A stretch of 64,000 nt of DNA, from assembly GCA_963782075.1 (NCBI GenBank), contig CAWAIJ010000010.1, positions 62,526 to 126,525 of the forward strand. Reading direction: 5' to 3'. The position numbers and the translations under genes were made by a program. Below, piece by piece: positions 33,979 to 41,865 of this stretch. This DNA comes from an uncultured Actinomycetota bacterium (GTDB taxonomy: Bacteria > Actinomycetota > Actinomycetes > Propionibacteriales > Nocardioidaceae). Under the pieces are notes generated by a model. That model made no database searches. It was not told the origin of the DNA and saw only the letters and a program-made list of their open reading frames with translations. Numbering within the stretch: position 1 is the stretch's first letter; each line of letters begins with the position of its first letter.

Positions 33979-35117
33979 CGGAGATGGACACGCGGGTCGA
34001 GGGCGACCCCGGAGCGGTGACCAAGGCCGCGACCTGGTTGCGCGACACCCTCTCCACCAACCTCGCGACCGCCGGTGACGACCAGCAGGACGCCCGCAAC
34101 GACGCCCGGGGCAGCTGGGAGGGCGAGACCGCCTCGTCGTACCAGAACGTCGCCGGCGACACCCTCAAGGCCACCGACAAGCACGAGGAACGGGTCAAGC
34201 GGGCCGCGACCGCGCTCGACCAGTACGCCGCGCGCCTGCAGCGCTGCATCAACGAGATGACCGCGATCAGGGGCCGAGCCACCACCGGCGGCCTGACCGT
34301 CGCCGGCACCGTCATCCACTCACCGCCGGACGCGCCGTCGACCTCGTTCGAGGTCGGCTCTCCCGAGGAGACGGCGTACAACGACGCGGTCGCCAAGGTC
34401 GAGCTGTGGAACACCCTGGTCAACGACACGTCGAAGACCTACCAGGACTTCGTCGACTGGGTGGACTCCCAGCTGCCCCCGGACGTCGCCGACGCGCGTG
34501 AGAAGGACGGGTCCGACACCCTTCTCGGCGTGCTCGAGGACGCGTTCCCGAACTTCGCCGGCGGCATCGGCGCCGGCCTCATCGGGTTCGGGCTGCTGGG
34601 CAAGGCGGACGACTACACGGCGGCCGCGCGCGAGTTCCGCCGCAGGAGCCGGGTCTCGGGCGACCCGCGGGTCCGCGGCTCGGCCGACACCCCGTCGGGG
34701 AGGGTCAAGCTCGACGACCTCCTCGGCAAGGCCGACTGGCTCGGCAAGGGAGGCCGGTTCCTCGGCGGCCCCGGAGGCATCCTGATCGACGTCGGCTTCG
34801 GCATCCACGAGGGCATGGAGACCGGTGACTGGACCCGGGTCGCCCTCACCACCGGCACCAGCATCGCGGTGGGGGCGGGGGCGGCCGCTCTCGTGGCCGC
34901 GGGCGTGATCTCGGCACCGGCCATCGTGGTGATCGGCGGGACCGCGGTGGCCGCGATGGCCCTCTCGGCCGGCGTCGGCTACGTCTACGACAACTGGGAC
35001 GACATCACCGACTGGACCGGCGACCGGGTCGACGACGTGACCGACTTCGCCTCCGACACCTGGGACAGCGCGACCGACGTCGCCGGTGACGCCTGGGACG
35101 CCGTGACCCCGTGGTGA
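33975..35117 (+). CDS. Candidate T7SS-exported polymorphic toxin: WXG-type helical N-domain, glycine-zipper membrane domain and acidic Asp/Trp repeat tail
   Basis: Residues 1-100: GDPGAVTKAATWLRD...ARGSWEGETASSYQNV...ALDQYAARLQRCINEMTAIR, with W48-E-G50, as in WXG100/LXG-like T7SS signal domains. Glycine-rich hydrophobic segments: FAGGIGAGLIGFGLLG, GGPGGILIDVGFG and GTSIAVGAGAAALVAAGVISAPAIVVIGGTAVAAMALSAGVGYVY. Tail: DNWDDITDWTGDRVDDVTDFASDTWDSATDVAGDAWDAVTPW. Confidence 0.6.
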   Translation: MTEMDTRVEGDPGAVTKAATWLRDTLSTNLATAGDDQQDARNDARGSWEGETASSYQNVAGDTLKATDKHEERVKRAATALDQYAARLQRCINEMTAIRGRATTGGLTVAGTVIHSPPDAPSTSFEVGSPEETAYNDAVAKVELWNTLVNDTSKTYQDFVDWVDSQLPPDVADAREKDGSDTLLGVLEDAFPNFAGGIGAGLIGFGLLGKADDYTAAAREFRRRSRVSGDPRVRGSADTPSGRVKLDDLLGKADWLGKGGRFLGGPGGILIDVGFGIHEGMETGDWTRVALTTGTSIAVGAGAAALVAAGVISAPAIVVIGGTAVAAMALSAGVGYVYDNWDDITDWTGDRVDDVTDFASDTWDSATDVAGDAWDAVTPW

Positions 35118-35785
35118 GCGATGACGCAGCGCGCCGGCTGATCCCGCGCTGGTTCACCGTCGCCGTCCTGGCGGCGCTGACGGTCCTCACGGCCACGGCG
35201 TTCGGGTTGTCCTTCGCCTTCGACGGTGTGCTCGGGTGGTCCTTCCGAGTCATGTTCGTCTTCGCGGCTCTGCTCCTGGTCTCTGCCGTGTCGGCGCTCG
35301 CGCGCCCCCGACGTCCCCAGGAGCCGGTCGTCGCCGCCGACGGCACCCGGACCTTCCTCGCCCCCGCAGCCACGGTGTGGCCGCTGGTCGGAGCGATGGT
35401 GGCCATGATGGCGGTGGCCGTGATGTGGGCCTACGTCGCGGTCACCGACTTCGGCTCGCTGGAGTCACCCGGCTTCGCCCTGGTGACCATCGGTGCGGCG
35501 GTGGTCGCGATCCCCGACTTCCTGCGGCTGGTCACGGGTCGGCTGCACCGCTGGCGTCTCGAGCTCGGGCCCGAGTCCCTCCGCTACCGCGGCTACCGCA
35601 CCGACCTCACCTGGCCGTGGTCGAAGGTCCACGGCGCCCGGATCCAGGCGCGTGGTCCGGCGGGGGTGCTCATCGACGTCAAGGGCGCCGGCGAGGACCC
35701 GGTCGTGCCGATCACCGCGTTCGCCGTACCCGCCGAGCAGCTGATCGAGGAGATCGAGCGCGCCAAGGCCACGGCCCGCCGCTGA
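35111..35785 (+). CDS. Polytopic membrane protein with a C-terminal bacterial PH-like domain, candidate cognate immunity protein
   Basis: Four hydrophobic segments (FTVAVLAALTVLTATAFGL; VMFVFAALLLVSAVSAL; VWPLVGAMVAMMAVAVMWAYV; FALVTIGAAVVAIPDF). These are followed by LHRWRLELGPESLRYRGYRTDLTWPWSKVHGARIQ...VLIDVKG...PITAF. The GTG start overlaps the toxin stop by 7 nt. Confidence 0.55.
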   Translation: MVSDDAARRLIPRWFTVAVLAALTVLTATAFGLSFAFDGVLGWSFRVMFVFAALLLVSAVSALARPRRPQEPVVAADGTRTFLAPAATVWPLVGAMVAMMAVAVMWAYVAVTDFGSLESPGFALVTIGAAVVAIPDFLRLVTGRLHRWRLELGPESLRYRGYRTDLTWPWSKVHGARIQARGPAGVLIDVKGAGEDPVVPITAFAVPAEQLIEEIERAKATARR

Positions 35786-35815
35786 GTCGGTCGACCGCGG
35801 AAAACCGCACCAGCC

Positions 35816-36961
35816 TCACGCCAGCGCGAGCGTCAACGCCAGCACCGTCTCGGGGTCCTCGAGTGTGTCGCCGTAGAGCTCGCGGAGCTGGTTCATGCGG
35901 TAGCGGACGGTCTGCGGGTGGACGAACAGGTCGCCCGCGACGTCCTCACGACGGCCCTGGTGGAGCAGCCACGACCGCAACGTCGCCTCCAGCTTCTCGG
36001 CCGTCGCGGGCCTCAGGTCGGCGAGTGGCGCGAGTGCGCGCGCCCGCAGGTCGGCCAGTGCCTCGGGGTCGGCGGTGACCACCAGGGAGGTGAGGTGCCG
36101 CTCCGTGTCGAGCGGTGCCGCCGAGTGCCGGAGGTCGAGGCCGCGGACCGCCCGGGCGTACGACGTACGTGCCTCTCGCCAGGGCCGCGCCGGTCCGACC
36201 ACGGCGTGCCGGTCGGCGAGGATCCGCAGCAGCCGGGTCCGTGACTGGCCGCCCATGTCGGGCACCAGCACGACGGCGAGGCCCTCGGGCAGTCCGTGGT
36301 CGCTCGGGGTCAACGCGGCCGGCGCCACCAGCCCGAGCACCGGCCGGACCTGGGCCTCGGGCAGCACCACGGCGGTGAGGGTCCTGGGTGCCGTCCAGTC
36401 CGCGCGCTCGGCGGCCTCCGTCACGTCGTTCGCGGGCTCGCCGCGCAGCAGCGCCACCGCGAGCCGGTCGAGGTAGCGCTCCTGGAGCCGGCCGGAGGTC
36501 TCCAGCTCGTCGGTGTGACCGGCGACCGAGGCCGCCGAGAGCTCGTCGATGTAGGCGAACACCAGCTCCGCGAAGGATGCCACCGTGACGGCCGGGACCC
36601 CCGCCTCGACCGCGGTCGCCGAGAGCTCCCGCCACGCGACGCGAGCACCGACCCGGTAGGCAGCCAGCAGTGCGTCGGCCGAGCGCCCGGACCTGGCCTC
36701 GCCGCGGCCGAGCGCGTAGGCGCCCTCGACGGTCGGGGAGAGTGGCTTGCCGGGGTCACCGGTGCGACCGGCTACACGCAGGAAGCCGGCCAGCGCCATC
36801 TGCACCGCCTGCTCGATGGTGGCGGCCATTTGCTCGCCGAGTCCCGCGTTGTAGGCGGGGACCTCCTCGCGGACCGCGGTCACGGTGTGCTCGGCGACCT
36901 CGGGCAGGGTCGCCCGGAGCAGGTCGACGAGCGAGCCCTCGAGCGTGAGCCGTTCCGACAT
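35816..36961 (-). CDS. PucR/CdaR-family transcriptional regulator
   Basis: C-terminal HTH LFVHPQTVRYRMNQLRELYGDTLEDPE. Divergent from the reductase/desaturase pair. Confidence 0.85.
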   Translation of the reverse strand: MSERLTLEGSLVDLLRATLPEVAEHTVTAVREEVPAYNAGLGEQMAATIEQAVQMALAGFLRVAGRTGDPGKPLSPTVEGAYALGRGEARSGRSADALLAAYRVGARVAWRELSATAVEAGVPAVTVASFAELVFAYIDELSAASVAGHTDELETSGRLQERYLDRLAVALLRGEPANDVTEAAERADWTAPRTLTAVVLPEAQVRPVLGLVAPAALTPSDHGLPEGLAVVLVPDMGGQSRTRLLRILADRHAVVGPARPWREARTSYARAVRGLDLRHSAAPLDTERHLTSLVVTADPEALADLRARALAPLADLRPATAEKLEATLRSWLLHQGRREDVAGDLFVHPQTVRYRMNQLRELYGDTLEDPETVLALTLALA

Positions 36962-37035
36962 TTGTCATCTCCGAACAATAAGTGGCGACGGATTCACGCC
37001 TCTACGTCATGTATTGAGCGTACCGCGCAGTCAGG

Positions 37036-38139
37036 ATGGATGTCATGGAGTCCTCCCTGCGAACCCGAGCGCGTCAGCTGGCCGAAGCGGTCACGACGCC
37101 GTTGGTGCCCGCAGACTTCCTCGACCTGTTCGCGCCGCTGCGCGCGGGCGCGGAGCTGCGCGGCCGGATCGAGGAGGTGCGCCCCGAGACCAAGGACGCC
37201 GCCACCTTGGTGATCCGTCCCGGCGCCGACTGGGCGGGGCACGTCCCCGGTCAGTACGTCCGGATCGGTGTCGACGTCGACGGGGTCCGCCAGTGGCGCG
37301 CCTACTCCCTCACCCACGGCCCCCGCGCCGACCGGCGGATCGCGGTGACGGTCAAGGCCGTCCCCGACGGGCTGGTCAGCCACCACCTCGTGCATGACCT
37401 GAAGCCGGGCACCCTGGTCCACCTCGAGCAGGCGGCCGGCGACTTCGTGCTGCCGCCGACCGGTGGCCGGTTCCTCTTCGTCACCGCCGGCAGTGGCATC
37501 ACCCCGGTGATCGGGATGCTGCGCAACCTGTTCCCGTCGACCGACGAGGGCGTGCTGCGGCCCGACCGCAGTGCGGCGTACGACGTCGTCGTCGTCCACG
37601 TCGCGCCCAGCCGGCCCGACTCGATCTTCCTGCGTGACCTCGAGGCCCTCGACGCAGCCGGCGCCATCACCCTGGTCGCACGCTACGACGACGTCCACGG
37701 CGTCCTCGACATCGACGAGCTCCCCGCGCTGGTGCCCGACCTCGCCGAGCGGCTCACCTTCGCCTGCGGCCCGGCCGGGCTGCTCGAGGCGCTCGAGCAG
37801 TTCCACGCCGACAAGGGCCTGGAGCTGTTCACCGAGCAGTTCCGCACCACCCGGGTCGAGCCCGGCGACGGCGGCACCGTCACCTTCGGCAACGGCCAGA
37901 CGATCACGGCCGACGGCGCCACCCCGATCCTCGAGGTCGCCGAGAACGGCGGCGTCCTGATGCCGAGCGGCTGCCGGATGGGCATCTGCTTCAGCTGCGT
38001 GCTGCCGATGACCGAGGGCAGCGTGCGCGACCTGCGCAACGGACAGATCACCACTGCAGTGCCCGGTGAGAGCGGCGCCATCAAGATCCAGACCTGCATC
38101 AGCGCCGCCGCCGGCGCCTGCCACCTCGACCACTCCTGA
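37036..38139 (+). CDS. Ferredoxin-NAD(P)H reductase-type oxidoreductase (FAD/NAD-binding plus C-terminal 2Fe-2S), desaturase electron donor
   Basis: RAYSLT (RxYS FAD motif), FVTAGSGITPVIGML (NAD-binding) and the C-terminal CRMGICFSCV...C plant-type ferredoxin cysteines. Confidence 0.88.
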   Translation: MDVMESSLRTRARQLAEAVTTPLVPADFLDLFAPLRAGAELRGRIEEVRPETKDAATLVIRPGADWAGHVPGQYVRIGVDVDGVRQWRAYSLTHGPRADRRIAVTVKAVPDGLVSHHLVHDLKPGTLVHLEQAAGDFVLPPTGGRFLFVTAGSGITPVIGMLRNLFPSTDEGVLRPDRSAAYDVVVVHVAPSRPDSIFLRDLEALDAAGAITLVARYDDVHGVLDIDELPALVPDLAERLTFACGPAGLLEALEQFHADKGLELFTEQFRTTRVEPGDGGTVTFGNGQTITADGATPILEVAENGGVLMPSGCRMGICFSCVLPMTEGSVRDLRNGQITTAVPGESGAIKIQTCISAAAGACHLDHS

Positions 38140-38163
38140 CGCGACTCCCCCGAAAGGACTGAC

Positions 38164-39399
38164 ATGACTGTCATCCAGAAGAAGGCCGACAACCCGATCG
38201 CTCACCTCACCCCCGAGGACATCGAGCAGCTCGGCCGCGAGCTCGACGCGATCCGCCAGGACATCATCGACTCCCGCGGCGCCTCCGACGCGGCGTACAT
38301 CCGTCGGATGATCAAGACCCAGCGCAGCATCGAGCTCGGCAGTCGAGCCGTGCTCCTGTTCAGCATCTTCCCGCCGGCCTGGTTGATCGGCACCGCCGGC
38401 CTCTCGGTCTCCAAGATCCTCGACAACATGGAGATCGGCCACAACATCCTCCACGGCCAGTGGGACTGGATGCGCGACCCGAAGATCCACTCCACGACCT
38501 GGGACTGGGACATGGCCTCGCCGGCCGAGCAGTGGAAGCACAGCCACAACGAGGTCCACCACAACTTCACCAACGTCGTCGGCAAGGACAACGACCTCGG
38601 CTACGGCATCATGCGCGTCGACGAGGACCAGCCCTGGGCGCCGTTCCACCTCGGCCAGCCGGTCTGGTGCTTCATCAACGCCATGTTCTTCGAGTACGGC
38701 ATCGCCGCCTACGACCTCGACCTCGGCGCCGTGATCAAGAAGAAGCAGACCAAGGACCCCGACTTCCAGCGCCGCGCGAAGCAGGTCCTGGCCAAGATCC
38801 GCAAGCAGGTCACCAAGGACTACGTCGCCCACCCGCTGCTCTCGCTGCCGACCGGCTCGTTCCTGCCGACGCTCGCCGCCAACTTCACCGCGAACATCGT
38901 GCGCAACCTGTGGAGCAACTCGATCATCCTCTGCGGTCACTTCCCCGAGGGTGTCGAGACCTTCGAGAAGCGCTCGATCGAGGGCGAGACCAAGGGCGAC
39001 TGGTACATCCGGCAGATGCTCGGTGCGGCCAACATCTCCGGCTCCCAGGCGATGCACGTGATGTCGGGCAACCTGAGTCACCAGATCGAGCACCACCTCT
39101 TCCCGGACCTGCCGTCCAACCGCTACGCCGAGATCGCACCGAAGGTGCAGGCCCTGTTCGAGAAGTACGAGCTCACCTACCTCACCCGGCCGCTCGCGCC
39201 CCAGGTCTACTCGGCCTGGCACAAGGTGGTCCGGCTCTCGCTGCCCAACGGCTGGCTCGCCACGACCACCAAGCGCAACCTGCCGCGCCAGCTCAAGGCC
39301 CTCTACAAGATGACCACTGGCAGCAAGCGCGAGCGCCGCGCGATCCAGGTGGCACTGACCCGCGAGGCGCGCCAGCAGGACCAGCAGCTCGTCGCCTGA
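38164..39399 (+). CDS. desA3: Membrane fatty-acyl (stearoyl-CoA Delta9, DesA3-like) desaturase
   Basis: Three histidine boxes: HNILHGQWDW, HSHNEVHHNFTN and HQIEHHLFP. The partnership with an upstream FNR-type reductase matches the mycobacterial DesA3/Rv3230c arrangement. Confidence 0.8.
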   Translation: MTVIQKKADNPIAHLTPEDIEQLGRELDAIRQDIIDSRGASDAAYIRRMIKTQRSIELGSRAVLLFSIFPPAWLIGTAGLSVSKILDNMEIGHNILHGQWDWMRDPKIHSTTWDWDMASPAEQWKHSHNEVHHNFTNVVGKDNDLGYGIMRVDEDQPWAPFHLGQPVWCFINAMFFEYGIAAYDLDLGAVIKKKQTKDPDFQRRAKQVLAKIRKQVTKDYVAHPLLSLPTGSFLPTLAANFTANIVRNLWSNSIILCGHFPEGVETFEKRSIEGETKGDWYIRQMLGAANISGSQAMHVMSGNLSHQIEHHLFPDLPSNRYAEIAPKVQALFEKYELTYLTRPLAPQVYSAWHKVVRLSLPNGWLATTTKRNLPRQLKALYKMTTGSKRERRAIQVALTREARQQDQQLVA

Positions 39400-39402
39400 C
39401 GA

Positions 39403-40044
39403 TCAGCCGCTGAGCAGCCCGGCCACCGGCCGCAGGTCGGCGTACGTCGCGTGAGCGCCGGCGTCGGCCAGCTGCTCGGCGGTCGCGCTGGTGGTCACGC
39501 CGATCACGGTGCCGACGCCCGCGGCCGCTGCGGCCGTGATGCCCGCGACGCTGTCCTCGGCCGCCCAGGTCTCGCGGGGATCGGTGCCCAGCCGCTCGCA
39601 GGCCAACAGGAAGCCGGCGGGGTGGGGCTTGCCGTCGACCACGTCGTGCGCGGTGACGACCAGCTCGACCAGGTCGAGCACGTCGAGCCCGTCGCCGAGC
39701 GCCGTCTGCACCCAGGGCGGACTGGCCGAGGTGACGATGGCGACCCGGACCCCGAGCGACGCCGCCGCCCGCACCAGGTCGATCGCCCCCGGCACCTCCT
39801 CAGGTGTGACGTCGCGCGGCACCAGTGAGGTCACCTCGAGTGCGAGGGCGACCGGGTCGTGGTCCAGCCAGGGTCCGGGCACGGTGGGGAACACGTCGGC
39901 CCCGCGCCGACCCGTGAACAGCGACAGGTCGGGCACCGGCCAGCCGCGAGCCTCGAAGAAGCGTTGGTAGCCGATCCGCTGCAGCGGCTCCGAGTCGACC
40001 AGGGTGCCGTCGAGGTCGAGCAGCAGCGCAGCGGGCCGTCTCAC
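39403..40044 (-). CDS. HAD-superfamily hydrolase (beta-phosphoglucomutase-like subfamily IA)
   Basis: Motif I LLDLDGTLVDSEP, motif II VTSA and motif III/IV ...GKPHPAGF...EDSVAG. Confidence 0.85.
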   Translation of the reverse strand: MRRPAALLLDLDGTLVDSEPLQRIGYQRFFEARGWPVPDLSLFTGRRGADVFPTVPGPWLDHDPVALALEVTSLVPRDVTPEEVPGAIDLVRAAASLGVRVAIVTSASPPWVQTALGDGLDVLDLVELVVTAHDVVDGKPHPAGFLLACERLGTDPRETWAAEDSVAGITAAAAAGVGTVIGVTTSATAEQLADAGAHATYADLRPVAGLLSG

Positions 40045-40487
40045 GCGGTGAACAGCGGGTCGCCGGTGGCCACGACGAGGTCGGCGGCCGGTGCGGCGAT
40101 CGATCCCGCGGCACGATCCATCACCACGACCGGCACCACGGTCGACATGTCCTCGCCGTCGACGGTCGAGGGGTCCCAGCGGACCATCGGGTCGCCGGCG
40201 GCGACCGTGTCACCCTCGGTGGCGAGCAGCTCGAAGCCGCGTCCCTCGAGCCGCACGGTGTTGATGCCGAGGTGGACCAGGACGCCGACGCCGTCAGCAC
40301 TGAGCACCACGAACGCGTGGGGGTGCAGCTTCAGCACCCGGCCGGCGATCGGCGCGACCACGGTGACGACCTCGCCGGTCGGCTCGATGGCGACGCCAGG
40401 GCCGACCATCTCCGCGGCGAACACCGGGTCCGCCACCTCGGTGACCGAGATGACCCGGCCGGGGCAGGGAGCGAGGACCTGGGTCAC
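40041..40487 (-). CDS. PTS glucose-family EIIA component
   Basis: VSVTEVADPVFAAEMVGPGVAIEP...VLVHLGINTVRLEG (phosphorylatable His region). GTG start at 40487, overlapping the EIIB stop (GTGA). The upstream part of track ORF 40041..40778 is shadow. Confidence 0.88.
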   Translation of the reverse strand: MTQVLAPCPGRVISVTEVADPVFAAEMVGPGVAIEPTGEVVTVVAPIAGRVLKLHPHAFVVLSADGVGVLVHLGINTVRLEGRGFELLATEGDTVAAGDPMVRWDPSTVDGEDMSTVVPVVVMDRAAGSIAAPAADLVVATGDPLFTA

Positions 40488-40717
40488 ATCAAGTCCTCGA
40501 TGTCGTCGGCGAGGTTGTCCGCCTCCGGCCCGACGACGACCTGCACGACCTGGCCCGAGGCCACGACGCCGTGGGCGCCGGCGGCCTTCAGCGCCGCCTG
40601 GTCGACCTTGGAGGGGTCGTTCACCTCGGTCCGGAGCCGGGTGATGCAGGCTTCGATCTCGACGATGTTGTCGGCGCCGCCGAGTCCGGCGAGGATCTGT
40701 TCGGCCTTGCTGCTCAT
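40484..40717 (-). CDS. PTS glucose-family EIIB domain protein
   Basis: MSSKAEQILAGLGGADNIVEIEACITRLRTEV carries the C-x-T-R-L-R phospho-cysteine motif. Length 77 aa. Confidence 0.88.
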   Translation of the reverse strand: MSSKAEQILAGLGGADNIVEIEACITRLRTEVNDPSKVDQAALKAAGAHGVVASGQVVQVVVGPEADNLADDIEDLM

Positions 40718-41775
40718 GAGTGGTCTCCTTCTGCTGGTGGATCGGTCCGGGTGACCTTGGCCAGGCCACGCGGGGCATCGGGGTCGAGCCCGAGGTCGCG
40801 CGCGAGCGCCTCGACCACGAGCTGGGCGGGGACGATGGTGCCCAACGGCGCCAGTGTCTCGGGAAGTCGCGGACCGCGCACCTGTACGTCGCACGCGGCC
40901 GCGAAGGCGCTGTCGCCGCCGATGCCGACCACGGTGGCCCCGCGCTGCGCGAGGTCCCGGGCCAGCTCGGTCATCGGCGCCAGCATCGGCCCGTCGGCGG
41001 CGGCCACGAGCACGGCGGCCATGCCGGTCGTCACCACCGAGATCGGTCCGTGCCGCAGGTCGGCGTACGAGTAGCCGCGCACCGGCCGCAGGCAGGTCTC
41101 CTCCAGCTTGAGCGCCGTCTCCAGCGCGGTCCCCATCATCAGCCCGCGGCCGGAGACGACGGTGTAGTCGGCCGAGCTCAGTGCGGCGACGCCGTCGGAG
41201 ATGCCGGCCCGCTCGGCCAGCACCGACTCGATGACCTCGGGCACGCGGGCCATCTCGTCATCGAGCGCTGCGGGGTCGGGGGCGGCGGCGGTGCCGAGCG
41301 CGACCATCGCCACCAGCTGTCCGAGGTAGGTCTTGGTCGCCGGGACCGCGAGCTCGGGGCCGGCCTGTGTCACGAGCGCGAGGTCGGCACCGGTCGTGAG
41401 TGGGGAGCCGTCGACGTTGGTGACGGCCACCGTGGCCGCGCCGCAGTCCCGCGCCCACTCCTGCGTCTCGACGATCTCCGCGGTCGCGCCGGACTGGCTG
41501 ACCGAGACCACGACCGCATCGGTCAGGTCGAGGCGGGTCCCGTAGTGGGTGGCGACACTGGGGGAGACCAGACCGCCGGCGATGGCGGCGTGCGTCTCGA
41601 GCAGGTAGCGGCCGTAGATGGCGGCGTTGTCGCTGGTGCCTCGAGCCGCGAAGAGGACCCGCCGTCGCCCGGCCAGCAGTCGCGCCAGGTCCGGGCGCAG
41701 CGGCGCCAGCGCCTGCCAGGTCCGGCGGGCCGTGTCCGGCTGCTCGGCGATCTCCTGCGCCATCTGGGTCGACAT
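40714..41775 (-). CDS. SIS-domain sugar-phosphate isomerase/deaminase (GlmS isomerase-domain-like, NagB-II/AgaS-type)
   Basis: Two SIS domains: FAARGTSDNAAIYGRYL...VSQSGATAEIV and ...VVSGRGLMMGTALETALKLEE. It sits in the nag/PTS cluster. Confidence 0.8.
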   Translation of the reverse strand: MSTQMAQEIAEQPDTARRTWQALAPLRPDLARLLAGRRRVLFAARGTSDNAAIYGRYLLETHAAIAGGLVSPSVATHYGTRLDLTDAVVVSVSQSGATAEIVETQEWARDCGAATVAVTNVDGSPLTTGADLALVTQAGPELAVPATKTYLGQLVAMVALGTAAAPDPAALDDEMARVPEVIESVLAERAGISDGVAALSSADYTVVSGRGLMMGTALETALKLEETCLRPVRGYSYADLRHGPISVVTTGMAAVLVAAADGPMLAPMTELARDLAQRGATVVGIGGDSAFAAACDVQVRGPRLPETLAPLGTIVPAQLVVEALARDLGLDPDAPRGLAKVTRTDPPAEGDHS

Positions 41776-41809
41776 CCCTTGACACACCCTCCTCGTCGCG
41801 GCATCCTCA

Positions 41810-41823
41810 CTGGTACGTACCAG
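41810..41823. promoter_or_regulatory. Perfect palindrome CTGGTAC|GTACCAG, a dre-like (DasR/NagR-type GntR) operator
   Basis: ACTGGTACGTACCAGA keeps the TGGT....ACCA core of the Streptomyces dre consensus ACTGGTCTAGACCACT. It lies in the 90-bp divergent region between the SIS/EIIB/EIIA operon and the GntR/EIIC/nagA operon. An extra GTACCA half-site follows at 41826..41831. Confidence 0.65.
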
Positions 41824-41865
41824 ACCGTACCAATCAAATCACTCCGCGTCGAGAGGCAACCACGG

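Noticed and set aside
36994-39222. 742-aa minus-strand ORF
   Set aside because: It is antisense to the reductase and desaturase genes, which have unambiguous cofactor and His-box motifs. The translation is low-complexity.
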